NCBI GenBank assembly: GCA_038227875.1
Contig: JBBRPR010000007.1
Coordinates: 151,838 to 215,837 of the forward strand
DNA length: 64,000 nucleotides
Direction of reading: 5' to 3'
DNA from: Planctomycetota bacterium
Lineage (GTDB): Bacteria > Planctomycetota > SZUA-567 > H5-PLA8
Position numbers and translations under genes: made by a program. Below, piece by piece: positions 9,742-20,200 of this stretch (within the stretch, counting starts at the first letter, position 1; each line of letters opens with the position of its first letter). The notes under the pieces are model-generated. The model had not been told where the DNA came from and made no database searches. It was given only the letters and a program-made list of their open reading frames with translations.

Positions 9742-10645
9742 ATCCGTTAGAGTCCACCATCATCAACGCCAGCAGCAGCGGCAGGTAGATCACCGATGCC
9801 AGGAACAACTGGCGCGCCGTTGTGTCCGTCCGCTTGAGGGCGAACTTTACGCCGTACACCAGAAAACCAATGCCGAACAACACCGCGCCCAGCGCGTAAA
9901 TCGGGCCGGTCATGTGGAGCACCCACGGCGCGAGCGTCACCGGGATTAACATCAGTGAATTGACGACCACCTGCCGCCCGCAACTGACGCCTTCCGTGTC
10001 AACTTTCGGCAGCATCACCAGACCGGCCTGCGCGTAATCCTGGCGGTACAGCCACGCGATGGCCAAAAAGTGCGGCAACTGCCAGACAAAGACAATCGCA
10101 AAGAGCGCCCATGCCTGCGGCGTCAAATGACCGCGAGCGGCGACGTAACCGATCAGTGGCGGAATCGCGCCGGGGACCGCGCCGACCAGCGTGTTCAGCG
10201 AAGTCTTCTGCTTCAGCGGCGTGTAGATGAAAATATACGTCGCCAGCGTAATCGTCGCCCAGAGCGCAGCGTCCGTGTTCACGCGAATCGCCAGGTAGAA
10301 CATTCCGGCGATCGAGGAAATCGCACCGAAGTAGAGCACGCTGCCCGGGTTCATTCGTCCGGACGGTAAGGGCCGATTCTTCGTGCGATCCATCCGCGCG
10401 TCGATGTGGCGTTCGAGCAACTGATTGAGCGCGCTGGAACCGGCGGCGACGAGCGTGATCCCGATCAGCGCATCGACGAGTAGCCCGACGTCGAGGTGGT
10501 CGGGCGAGCCGAAGTAAAATCCGACCATGACCGACAGCATCACCAGCGTGGTGAGCCGCGCTTTGGTCAACGTCATTAAATCGGACAGGCGCACGTAGAA
10601 ACCAGCGGCGGGGTTGTTGAGAGTCTGAGGCTCCATCGTGTTCAC
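9740..10645 (-). CDS. ctaB: Protoheme IX farnesyltransferase (heme O synthase)
   Basis: NQLLERHIDARMDRTKNRPLPSG, YTPLK, WQLPHF, DY..AG..MLP. Confidence 0.95.
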   Translation of the reverse strand: MNTMEPQTLNNPAAGFYVRLSDLMTLTKARLTTLVMLSVMVGFYFGSPDHLDVGLLVDALIGITLVAAGSSALNQLLERHIDARMDRTKNRPLPSGRMNPGSVLYFGAISSIAGMFYLAIRVNTDAALWATITLATYIFIYTPLKQKTSLNTLVGAVPGAIPPLIGYVAARGHLTPQAWALFAIVFVWQLPHFLAIAWLYRQDYAQAGLVMLPKVDTEGVSCGRQVVVNSLMLIPVTLAPWVLHMTGPIYALGAVLFGIGFLVYGVKFALKRTDTTARQLFLASVIYLPLLLALMMVDSNG

Positions 10646-11676
10646 GCGGCCACCCCCATCAACGGTGTGGCGGAGCTGGGTGCCTTTTGAGTCGCGGGCA
10701 CAGGCGAGGTAAAGCGGCGCGCGCGGAGTGCCAGCGTGACACTCAGCGCCAGCAGCAGCGCACCGATGGCCAGATGCACCGTCGCCACCACCACCCGTTC
10801 CAGCGGCGGCATGTTGTAATCTTCAATCGTCAGAATTTTTAGAGCCGCGGCGCCCGGACCGAGCAGAAACTGGAAGCTCAGCAGAATCATCAACATCCGC
10901 GCCGGCCAGAGCAGTTCTTTCTGCGGACGGTGGAAGTTGAAGACACGCGAGATCACGCGGAAGATGAAAAACGTTACCGTGAATGCGCCGACAATGTGCG
11001 CGATCAGGTGCCAGACGAAGACAAACGAACGTCCGTTACGAATGGCCGCGCCCTGATCGTCATGGCGCAACGCCGCGCCCAACAGCAACTGCACGCCAAC
11101 GGCAATCACGCAGTACACAGCCAGCCGGTAGAGCGACGGCGAATTCTGGCTGGGCAGCGCCGGCGCATCGGACATCCATGATTTGGACGTCATCATTGCC
11201 ATCGAGACCATCAGGCAGAAGAACGTCTGGCCCATCACCGCATGCGGAATGGACGTCTGCGCGTGCGCGAAAAAGCGCACCGTCAGATAGCCCAGAAACG
11301 CCTGCGCGAAAAGGCCGACCACGAGAAAACACGCGAGTGTGCGCACCGACTTGCGCGTGTCCTTCCAGAGCACCATTCCGACCACGGCGAGCGTCAATCC
11401 GGTCAGGATCGGCACCAGCGCGCGGTGGATGTATTCGGTATTGAGATTTTGAATGAAGAGCCAGTCGTAATGCCACTGATAGTAAAACGGCTGCGGAATC
11501 GTCAGCCCTGCTTCGCGGCTCTTGACCGTGCCACCCATGCACACGACCAGAAACGCCCAGCACGACCCCAGCACCGCCAGACGGTGAACCCACGGATTAT
11601 GCGCAGGCATGACGTCCCGCCCCTGCTCTACTGCAGGCGAGACACCTCCGCGATCCTGATTCACCGTACTGCTCAT
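10642..11676 (-). CDS. ctaA: Heme A synthase (COX15/CtaA)
   Basis: GGTVKS..AGL, EYIHR, further conserved His in TM helices (PHAVMG, AHIVG, VHLAIG), eight TM helices. Confidence 0.85.
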   Translation of the reverse strand: MSSTVNQDRGGVSPAVEQGRDVMPAHNPWVHRLAVLGSCWAFLVVCMGGTVKSREAGLTIPQPFYYQWHYDWLFIQNLNTEYIHRALVPILTGLTLAVVGMVLWKDTRKSVRTLACFLVVGLFAQAFLGYLTVRFFAHAQTSIPHAVMGQTFFCLMVSMAMMTSKSWMSDAPALPSQNSPSLYRLAVYCVIAVGVQLLLGAALRHDDQGAAIRNGRSFVFVWHLIAHIVGAFTVTFFIFRVISRVFNFHRPQKELLWPARMLMILLSFQFLLGPGAAALKILTIEDYNMPPLERVVVATVHLAIGALLLALSVTLALRARRFTSPVPATQKAPSSATPLMGVAA

Positions 11677-11706
11677 GGGTTCTTAATTCCGTCCCAGTTC
11701 GTCCGC

Positions 11707-13515
11707 TTAGTGCGTCGAGACAACCTGATGGCCCGCACCGATCTGCCCCTGCCCGCCGATCACCAGACTCTGCGGCAACCAGTCTTCCTTGACGTCCGGC
11801 GAGCTGTATTCGTACGGAGGGCGATGCACGGTCGGGATTGCGCCCGGCCAGTTGCCGTGACCCGCCGGGGACGGCGCTTCGGTCCAGTCCAGCGTGTTGG
11901 CCTTCCAAGGATTCTGTTCGGCCTTCGGACCGGCGAACATCGAGTAGAAGAAGTTGATCAGGAACAACAGCTGCGAAAAGCCGAGCGCGATCGCGCAGAC
12001 GGTGATCATCACGTTGTACTTCTGCAGGCTCCACAGATTCTGATACAGCATCACGCTGGCGATGCGGCGATGGTGTCCGCCGATTCCCAGGATGTGCATC
12101 ATGAAGAACGTGCCGTTCATGAAGATGAACGTCAGGAACCAATGCAGCTTGCCCAGTCCTTCATTCATCATGCGTCCGAACATCTTCGGGAACCAGAAAG
12201 TGATTCCGCCGAAGATCGCCATCACCGTGCCGCAGAACACGACGTAATGGATGTGCGCGACGATGAAGTAGGTATCGTGGAGGTACATGTCGACGGGCGT
12301 CGCGGCCATGAAGATACCGGACAGACCGCCGATGATGAACATCGAGACAAACGAGAGCGCGAACAGCATCGGCGTCTTAAAGGTGATATTGCCGCCCCAG
12401 AGCGTGCCCAGCCAGTTGAAGGTCTTGATCGCCGAAGGCAGTGCGATGAACATGGTCGAGACCATGAACGTCATGCCCAGCGCGGGATTCATGCCCGACT
12501 GGAACATATGATGCGCCCAGACGATGAATCCCAGTCCGGCGATCGAGGCCATCGAGTAGACCATCGGCTTGTAACCGAAGATCGGCTTGCGCGCGAAGAC
12601 GGGGAGAATGTCGGAGACGATTCCCATCGCCGGCAGGATCATCAAGTACACGGCCGGATGCGAGTAGAACCAGAAGAGATGCTGCCATAGCAAGACCTGG
12701 CCGCCGCCGGGCGAAAGAATTTCATGATTGCTGGGGAAGAGATTGCCCGGGTTGAAGAACGTCGTGCCCGCGTAGCGATCCATCAACTGCATGAAGAGCG
12801 TACCCGTCAGCACCGGCGTCGAGAAGAGTGAGAGAATCGCGGTGATGAACAGCGACCAGACCGTCAGCGGCATGCGGAAGAGCGTCATTCCCGGCGCACG
12901 CAGCTTGATGATTGTGACCACGTAATTCAATGACCCGAAGACCGACGAGAAGCCGACGATCATCACGCCGATCAGCCATAAATTCTGGCCATTGAGGAAC
13001 GTTGGAGTAAGTGTCGTTTGCCGGGAACCGACAGCGATGATGCTTAAGGGAGCATACGACGTCCAGCCGCCCTGCGCCGGGCCGCCGGGGACGAAGAAGC
13101 TGGTGACCAGACAGATAATCGATGGCCACATTAACCAGTACGATGCGGCATTAAGCCAGGGGAAGGCCATGTCGCGTGCGCCTATTTGGAGCGGGATTAC
13201 AAAGTTGCCGAACGCGCCGGCGAGCATCGGGATGATCACCATGAAGATCATCACCGAGGCGTGCATGGTGAAGAGCTGATTGTATTCATTGCCGTTCACT
13301 TCGCCGTACAGCGGCACTTTCGTGTTCGGCCACGCCAGATGCCAGCGCACCGCCAGCGCCAGCGCGCCGCCCAGCAGGAAGAAGAACAAGCTGGTGATCA
13401 TGAACTGCTTGCCGATCATCTTATGATCGGTCGACCAGATGTACTTGAAGAAGAAACTGGGCTCGTGATGCGCGTGATCGCCGTGCCCGCCATGATCCAA
13501 TGCTGCTGTAGACAT
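11707..13515 (-). CDS. ctaD: Heme-copper oxidase subunit I, A2 type
   Basis: STDHK, FTMHA, WFYSHPAVY (YS variant = A2), WAHH, VAHIHY. Confidence 0.97.
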   Translation of the reverse strand: MSTAALDHGGHGDHAHHEPSFFFKYIWSTDHKMIGKQFMITSLFFFLLGGALALAVRWHLAWPNTKVPLYGEVNGNEYNQLFTMHASVMIFMVIIPMLAGAFGNFVIPLQIGARDMAFPWLNAASYWLMWPSIICLVTSFFVPGGPAQGGWTSYAPLSIIAVGSRQTTLTPTFLNGQNLWLIGVMIVGFSSVFGSLNYVVTIIKLRAPGMTLFRMPLTVWSLFITAILSLFSTPVLTGTLFMQLMDRYAGTTFFNPGNLFPSNHEILSPGGGQVLLWQHLFWFYSHPAVYLMILPAMGIVSDILPVFARKPIFGYKPMVYSMASIAGLGFIVWAHHMFQSGMNPALGMTFMVSTMFIALPSAIKTFNWLGTLWGGNITFKTPMLFALSFVSMFIIGGLSGIFMAATPVDMYLHDTYFIVAHIHYVVFCGTVMAIFGGITFWFPKMFGRMMNEGLGKLHWFLTFIFMNGTFFMMHILGIGGHHRRIASVMLYQNLWSLQKYNVMITVCAIALGFSQLLFLINFFYSMFAGPKAEQNPWKANTLDWTEAPSPAGHGNWPGAIPTVHRPPYEYSSPDVKEDWLPQSLVIGGQGQIGAGHQVVSTH

Positions 13516-13586
13516 GCTTTCCCCTGAATGAAGTCCAAATCGAAGCTGTAATCTTTACCAACCAAACTTTTCAGACCGCTGCTCAC

Positions 13587-14606
13587 TTACTTTCCTTCTT
13601 TTTCCTCTGTCACTTTGCGCGGCGGGAAGTCTCGGTCGCCGGTTTCCGGATTCTTCGTCTTCCAGTGTTCCCAGATTTCCGGCTTGTCAAAATCGACGGC
13701 ATCCTTGGACGCCTTTTCCAGCCACGCCTTGTACTCGTCTTCGCTGAGCACCGTCAGGCTGCCGCGCATTTCACCGTGCTGAATGCCGCACAGTTCCGCG
13801 CAGACGACTTCGTAGTTCCAATCGAGGCTCGACGCCGCGGGGTCTTCGCCCTCTTTCAGGAATTCCTTGGGCTTGACATACTTCCCGTGAGTCTTGCGCA
13901 TTTCATCGGTCGTCTTCGTCGCTTCAAACCAGACCCGGATCTGCATGCCCGGCACCACGTCCTGCTTCAGGCGCATGTTGGGCAGGAAGAAGGAGTGGAT
14001 CACGTCCAGCGACGTCTGTTCCATCACGATCGGGCGGTGGACCGGGACGACCAGCTTGTTGTTGAGCGTAATATCGTCGGGCGTGCCCCATTTGCCGTCG
14101 GCGCCTGCGTAGCGGAAATTCCATTCGAACTGCTTGGCGAATGTCTGGATGTGGACGACCTTGTCGCCCGTCGGAAACTTTTCGGGCTTCTTGATGTCGT
14201 CCCACGTCCCCTTCTGGAGAATCGCGATCGTGCCGAGAATGCCGGCCGGAATCAGCGTCCACGCCAGTTCGAGCTTGTGGTTGCCATGCGAGTAGATGCT
14301 CTTGGCACCTTCGCGCGCGCGGTATTTCAAAATGAAAAGCAGCAGCAGGGCTTCGGTGATCACAAACACGCCGCCGGTCAGGTAGAGAATGCCGTAGAAG
14401 AGATTGTCAATCGCGTCGGCGTAGGTGCTCGTGCCTTCCGGCAACCAGGGCATGCCCATGTACTTTTCCGGATTGGAAGGCAGTTCTTCGCCCCGCGCGG
14501 TGGCGCTCACGACTACGCCCAGCACCATCAGCAGCGCGGCGACTTTTCCCACCGTACTCCAGCGACCCAGCAAACCCGGTTGGCCCAGGCGTCCTCGTTG
14601 TGTCAT
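13587..14606 (-). CDS. ctaC: Cytochrome c oxidase subunit II (CuA, no fused heme c)
   Basis: LELAWT, DVIHSF, CAELCGIQHGEM. No CxxCH present. Confidence 0.95.
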   Translation of the reverse strand: MTQRGRLGQPGLLGRWSTVGKVAALLMVLGVVVSATARGEELPSNPEKYMGMPWLPEGTSTYADAIDNLFYGILYLTGGVFVITEALLLLFILKYRAREGAKSIYSHGNHKLELAWTLIPAGILGTIAILQKGTWDDIKKPEKFPTGDKVVHIQTFAKQFEWNFRYAGADGKWGTPDDITLNNKLVVPVHRPIVMEQTSLDVIHSFFLPNMRLKQDVVPGMQIRVWFEATKTTDEMRKTHGKYVKPKEFLKEGEDPAASSLDWNYEVVCAELCGIQHGEMRGSLTVLSEDEYKAWLEKASKDAVDFDKPEIWEHWKTKNPETGDRDFPPRKVTEEKEGK

Positions 14607-14643
14607 CGAATTTCCCTTTTGAATCGAATCTGGATTTTGAATC

Positions 14644-14680
14644 CGCAGGGCACACAGGATTGAATCCCGTGTGCCCTGCG
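14644..14680. repeat. Intergenic hairpin (REP-like or mRNA stability element)
   Basis: CGCAGGGCACAC-AGGATTGAATCCC-GTGTGCCCTGCG. Confidence 0.55.
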
Positions 14681-14715
14681 CTCATCTTGCGAGTACTACG
14701 ATTTGTCGACGTGAC

Positions 14716-15564
14716 TTACTTCACCTTGTATGTGAAGTTCTGTTCCTTGGCTTCCTTGTCGCCGACCTTGACCTTGACCGGGTCGAGCTTGGTCAGCTTG
14801 GCGCCTTCGCTTTCCTGCCAGACCGCAACTTCGTAATCGCCGGCGGGAACGCCCTTGATTTCGTAGCTGCCGTCTTCCTTGGTCACCGCGAACAGCTTGT
14901 GCGGGAAGACCCACAGGTACGCCTTCATCCAGCCGTGGATGTTGCAGGCGATCGCGGCGTGTTCATCGGGTTCCGAGAACTTCACGGCCTTCTTCGAGCC
15001 GGCCTTCTGCTGGCTTTCGTTGAATTCCGGGTTGTTGCCGATGTAGTGGATGTTGTGCGCCAGATCGTCGTCGCTCTGGACATTGACCGGCTGATCGGTG
15101 GTCACGGCCAGCACGTGGGGAATGTACTGACAGCCCTTCTGGTCAAGCGTCACTTCTTCCGTCGCCGGATCGAAGCTCCAGGTGTCGGCGATCGCCTTGC
15201 CGTTGACCGTCGTGACATAGACGACGACATTGGCCAGCTTGCCATCCTTGGAGACGACGTCTTCCTTCGTCACCGCGTCCTTGTGCAACGCCGCGCAAGA
15301 GGCCGCGCCGCTCATGTCGATCTTGTTCATCTTCGGCGCTTCGCCTTCGAGCGTCACAACGCCCTTGATGCTGCCCGTCGCCTTGTCAGCCGGGAACTTC
15401 TCGGCCGTCGCTCCACCCTTCTTGGGCGTATCCTTCTTGACTTCCGGCTTCTTGTCGCCGCCACCCGAGGTGGGAGTCGTGGTCGGGGTGGTTTCCGGCG
15501 CACCGCAGCCGACCAGGACGACAAACGTCAACACTGAAATGAGGGCACAGACCCGCTTCAACAT
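14716..15564 (-). CDS. Lipoprotein with cupredoxin-like and carboxypeptidase-regulatory-like beta domains
   Basis: AAGGAG RBS, lipobox LVGC, LDQKGC.Y.PH, HN and CNIHGWM (type-1 Cu-like), DGSYEIKGVPAGDY. Confidence 0.75.
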   Translation of the reverse strand: MLKRVCALISVLTFVVLVGCGAPETTPTTTPTSGGGDKKPEVKKDTPKKGGATAEKFPADKATGSIKGVVTLEGEAPKMNKIDMSGAASCAALHKDAVTKEDVVSKDGKLANVVVYVTTVNGKAIADTWSFDPATEEVTLDQKGCQYIPHVLAVTTDQPVNVQSDDDLAHNIHYIGNNPEFNESQQKAGSKKAVKFSEPDEHAAIACNIHGWMKAYLWVFPHKLFAVTKEDGSYEIKGVPAGDYEVAVWQESEGAKLTKLDPVKVKVGDKEAKEQNFTYKVK

Positions 15565-16210
15565 CGTTCTTGCTCCTTTGTAAAAAAAGCCTACCCGCTC
15601 GCTGACGCGAACCTGATGTTTCAATAGGCGCGGTTTGGTTTATCTCCCGCGCTTATACACTCAGGCCATAGGGACTGTCAATCGAAAGCGAGTGATCCCC
15701 AAACCAATCTTTAACTTCCGGCGTGCTATCGCGAATGTTTCGACTTGGGTCGAATCGCAACAACGCGCACAAATTAGTAGTCCGCTCGGTCAGGCAATGC
15801 AAGTCGCCGTCCATAACACAATGAGCTTCGGTAATATTCATCGCGCTGGGCAATGGGGAACCTTGTCGACAAGGTCTTCGTGCGACACGCCCTTACAAGG
15901 TGCGGCCCGTTCTTTGCTTCCTCAGAATTACGAAGGTTCGCAAGGTGGAGAAAGTGTGTCGTTACACTCCACTTATTGTGGCGAGCAGGGATAGAGTTTC
16001 GTGCAACGTGGCACGAAGCACTCTATAAGTTTTCACTTTCTGTTGACCGCTGAACGGCGCCCGATAAAGTTCCACACATTGCCGTTCATGTCCGTGAAGA
16101 CGAGTCCCAACGCTGAGCGTAAAATCAGCGCGGCGTTCGTTTGTCATTTTCATGCGTTTGGCGGACTGCACTTAAAAAGTCCGAAGCGATTACGCGAGGA
16201 AGTTCAGCTC

Positions 16211-17149
16211 ATGTCCGACACACCCAATCCAGTACCTGCACCCGACGCCCCCAAACCGCCCGCTCCCGGCACTCCTGAACCGCCCAAAGTCTTGACGGCG
16301 GAAGAGAAAATGGCGCGTCTGGCCGCTGTCCGAGCTGCCAACGCGGCCAAGGCCGCCGCGGCGAAAGGTGGCGCTGCTCCGGCTGCGCCTGCCGCCCCAG
16401 CTCCCGCGGCCGCTGCACCTGCTGCCGCCGCGACTCCGGCCGCGGCTCCCGCTGCTGCTGCTGCTCCGGCCAAACCGTTTCCGCCGAAAGCCGGCGAAGC
16501 GAAAGATTCCGGCATCGACGCCAAGGGCACTCCCGCCAACAAGCCGGCGGTCGAGCACCTTGCCGCCGCTACTGCTGCCAAGCCGGCCGCGGGTGGCGCC
16601 AAGCCGCCGAAGACTCCGGAAGTCCCGCTCCCTCCCCCGCCGCAGTTGCAGACCCGTCGCACGTTCCTTGAATGGGGTTTCGCGGCGTGGTTGTTCTTCT
16701 TCACGTTCCTGGGTGCCGTCGGCGCGTTGTTCCTGCGCTTCATGTTTCCGAACGTACTCTACGAATCCGATCCGCGTTTCATCGCCGGCAAGCGCTCGGA
16801 ATACCCGGAGCTCAACAAGGTCTACGAAAACTTCAAGCAGGCGCAGGCCGTCTGGCTGGTGCGTCTGGGTGAAGAAGGTCAAGACCGCCTCGTTGCGCTC
16901 TCGACGGTCTGCACCCATCTGGGTTGCACGCCCAATTGGCTCGACGCCGAACGCAAGTTTAAGTGCCCCTGCCACGGTTCAGGTTACTACCTCAACGGCG
17001 TGAATTTCGAAGGCCCGACGCCCCGCCCGCTCGAACGTTTCCGCATCTACCTCGATTCGGCCGGCAACATCATCGTCGACAAGTCGAAGAAGTTCCGCCA
17101 GGACTTGGGCCAGTGGAACGAAAACGAATCGTACCTCGTGATGGGCTAA
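16211..17149 (+). CDS. Rieske 2Fe-2S subunit with long Ala/Pro-rich N-terminus
   Basis: CTHLGC and CPCHGS boxes, GPTPRPL, internal TRRTFL followed by a TM helix, GAGGA RBS. Confidence 0.93.
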   Translation: MSDTPNPVPAPDAPKPPAPGTPEPPKVLTAEEKMARLAAVRAANAAKAAAAKGGAAPAAPAAPAPAAAAPAAAATPAAAPAAAAAPAKPFPPKAGEAKDSGIDAKGTPANKPAVEHLAAATAAKPAAGGAKPPKTPEVPLPPPPQLQTRRTFLEWGFAAWLFFFTFLGAVGALFLRFMFPNVLYESDPRFIAGKRSEYPELNKVYENFKQAQAVWLVRLGEEGQDRLVALSTVCTHLGCTPNWLDAERKFKCPCHGSGYYLNGVNFEGPTPRPLERFRIYLDSAGNIIVDKSKKFRQDLGQWNENESYLVMG

Positions 17150-17238
17150 GCCACGGCAAAACAGTCGTCGTCATCCATACAGTGAAAGTCAGTTCAACAC
17201 TCAAATGAAAATGTAAGGCGCAATACCGGAGAGAAATA

Positions 17239-20200
17239 ATGGCCAAGAAGGGCGGTCCGTCCATCAAGAACATGCACATTGCCTTCGGCGCAGCCAGTGT
17301 GGTGCTGGTGCTGGCGACGGTGTATGCATTCGTTCAGGACTACACACGCGATTTCACGCCGTACCAGAAGCAATACAACAAGTTGGAAATGGCGCGCCTC
17401 GAAAAGGAGAAAGCGACCGCCGACGAGCAGGTCCAGGAGCCGGATTACTCCAAGGAAGTTTCCGACGTCAACGACAAGATCAAAGCCGGCAAGGAAGCGC
17501 TCGACGCCAAGAAAGCCGACGTCGACAAGGCCAACGCCGACATCAAGACGATCGACAACAAGCTGCAGCTTGAAAAGCGCAACCTGAACTTCCTCAAGGC
17601 CGACTTACAGACGAAGAACTACGAAGTCGACGCCGCCAAGGACGAGAATTCGAAAGCCGCGCGTCGCAAAGAACGCGATGAGCTGAGCAAGAAGGTCGAT
17701 GAAAAATTCGCACTGGTCGAAGACCTCAAGGCTCAACGCGAAGCCGCGACGAAAGTGATCGTCGACGCCACGGCCGACTACAAAAACGCGCTCAAAGAAC
17801 ACGACGTTCTGCTCGCTTCCGAGACCGACCTGGCCGCCAAGATCAAGAAGGCCAAGGGCAGCACGATCATCAACCTGGCCAAGGACGCGCCGGGCATCAA
17901 TTTCATCGCGCCCAATTACCACATCGAACAGGCCGTGCTCACCGACCTTCCGGAAGACCGTTTCTTCGCCAAGACCATGCGCGTCGATCGCTGCGTCAGC
18001 TGCCACAAGGCCATCGAAAATCCCGACCCCAGCTACGCCAACCGGCCCGAAGGACTGGACAAGGTCCTGCGCTCGCACCCGCAACTGGATCTGTTCGTCA
18101 GCCCCAATTCCAAGCACCCATACAACAAGTTCGGCTGCACGGTCTGCCATCAGGGCAAACCGATGGGCACGACCTTCACCCGCGCCGCCCACTCTCCGCA
18201 GAATCCCGAGCAAGCTGAAGAATGGGAGAAGAAGTTCGGCTGGGAGTACCTGCACTATTGGGACAACAAGATGCTGCCCCTGCAGCACACGGAAGCCAGC
18301 TGCCTGAAGTGCCATCGCGGACTGGACGAAGTGCCGAAAGCCAGCAAGCTCAACGAAGGCCGCTACCTCTTCCGCGACCGCGGCTGCACCAACTGTCACA
18401 TGGGCGCCAGCGGTGACAAGGACATGGCCTGGGTCGGACGCATCGGACCGGACCTGCGCCGCATCGGCGAAAAGACGAACATCGAATGGGCTCGCAACTG
18501 GATCCTGAACCCCTGGGATTTCCGCGCCACCACCAAGATGCCGCGCTTCTTCGGCCTTGAAAATCGCACTGACGAAGACATGAAGCTCGCCGTCGGCAGC
18601 GACCACCTGCCGCGCGATCCGGTCGAAGTTGAAGCGATCGCCACGTACCTCTTCACCACCAGCAAGCTGCGCGAAACGCCCCCGCCTGACGCACCGGCCG
18701 GAGACGTGGAAGCCGGACGCCTGCTCTTCTCCGGCATCGGCTGCCTGGGCTGCCACGCCACGATCGATCAGAAGGATCCGAATAAGTTCGACGTCAACCA
18801 TCACGGCCCGGACCTGAGCCGCGTGGGCGAGAAGCTGACGCCCGGCTGGCTCTACGCGTGGCTCAAAGCGCCGCGCAATTACTGGCCGGAAACGAAAATG
18901 CCCAACCTGCGCCTCTCCGATAAGGAAGCCGCGGACCTGACCGCGTACCTGATGACCACGATGAAGGTGCCGGGCAAGAAACTCGAAGCACAGAAGGAAG
19001 CACCCGAAGACGCGTTCGATCAGGTGATCCGGGATAAGCTCGGCGCCACCACGCCGGTCGTGAAGTTGACGGAAATGCTCGGCGATCCGATCAAGCTGAT
19101 GGACGAGTCGCTCCACAACAAGGTCAAGATGGCCAGCAAGAAGGAAGCCGATGGCACCAGCAAGATGGTCGACACCGGTGAAGGTGAATGGACCGAAGGC
19201 CAGATCGCGAAGCTGAAGGAGTTCATCAACAAGAGCCCCAACCCCAAGCGCACCGCCAAGGCTTTCTACACGGGTGAAACGTTGATCCAGCATCACGGCT
19301 GCTTTGGCTGTCACAACATCCAAGGCTGGACCTTCGCGCCGCTGACCTGCGTCAATCTCGCCGGCGAAGCGGACAAGGATCTGGAAAAACTCGACTTCGG
19401 CAAGACCCAGACGGATAAGCATCCGATCGGGCATACGAAGTGGGACTGGTTCTACACCAAGATCGCCCGCCCCCGCGTCTACGACATGGGCAAGCTGGAA
19501 TTGATCAAGCCCTTCGACCGTCTCCGCATGCCGTGGTTTGGCTATTCCAAGCCCGAAGGTGAAGCCGCCAAGGAAGGCGATCATCATTTCCATCCGGAAG
19601 ACAATGCGGATCTGGAAAACAACAACACGCCCAACGGCTTGAATCCCCGCCAGATCGAACGGCTCGTGACCCACATCCTGAGCCTGACGATGGAACCGAT
19701 TCCGGTGGAGAAGCAGCACGCTCCGTCGCCGCAGGAAGTGGCCATCGACCGCGGCCACCGCGTCATCCGTGAATTGAACTGCACGGGCTGTCATCTCGTC
19801 GGCCTGAATGGAAGTCCCGAACCGGGTGGAGAACCGCTGCCGGAGGAAATTCCGGTCGAAGGTCTCGTCGCGTTGTTGCCACAGGCAGGACCGGGTTCAC
19901 CGTCAGAAATGCGCAAACCTGGAAACTTGTTCTACGTCGATGAAGACGTGGTCTCGCTGACCTACGAAGAGAAGACCGACGGCACGAAAGAACCGTTCAC
20001 GATGCCCGGCTACCTCAACGTGCTGCGCGGTTCGTACATTACCGACAAGACCGCGCCGATCATCCTGGCCGAAAAGCGCGTCCGCGCCAATTCGTTGCTG
20101 CCGTTCATTCCCGTGGGCTTCACCTTCCAGGACAAAGCGAATCCGAAGAAGGGTGTGGTCAGCTACGGCGATGTCGTCAGTGAAGCGCGCTTCCTCGAAG

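Noticed and set aside
16009..16025. TGGCACG as a sigma54 promoter for the Rieske operon
   Set aside because: No GC at the -12 position (GG-N10-TC).
17605..19794. 729-aa antisense ORF, and similar ones at 24135-25904, 36156-38201, 41563-43245, 51742-54036
   Set aside because: Shadow frames of high-GC genes with clear motifs on the opposite strand. No recognisable domains.
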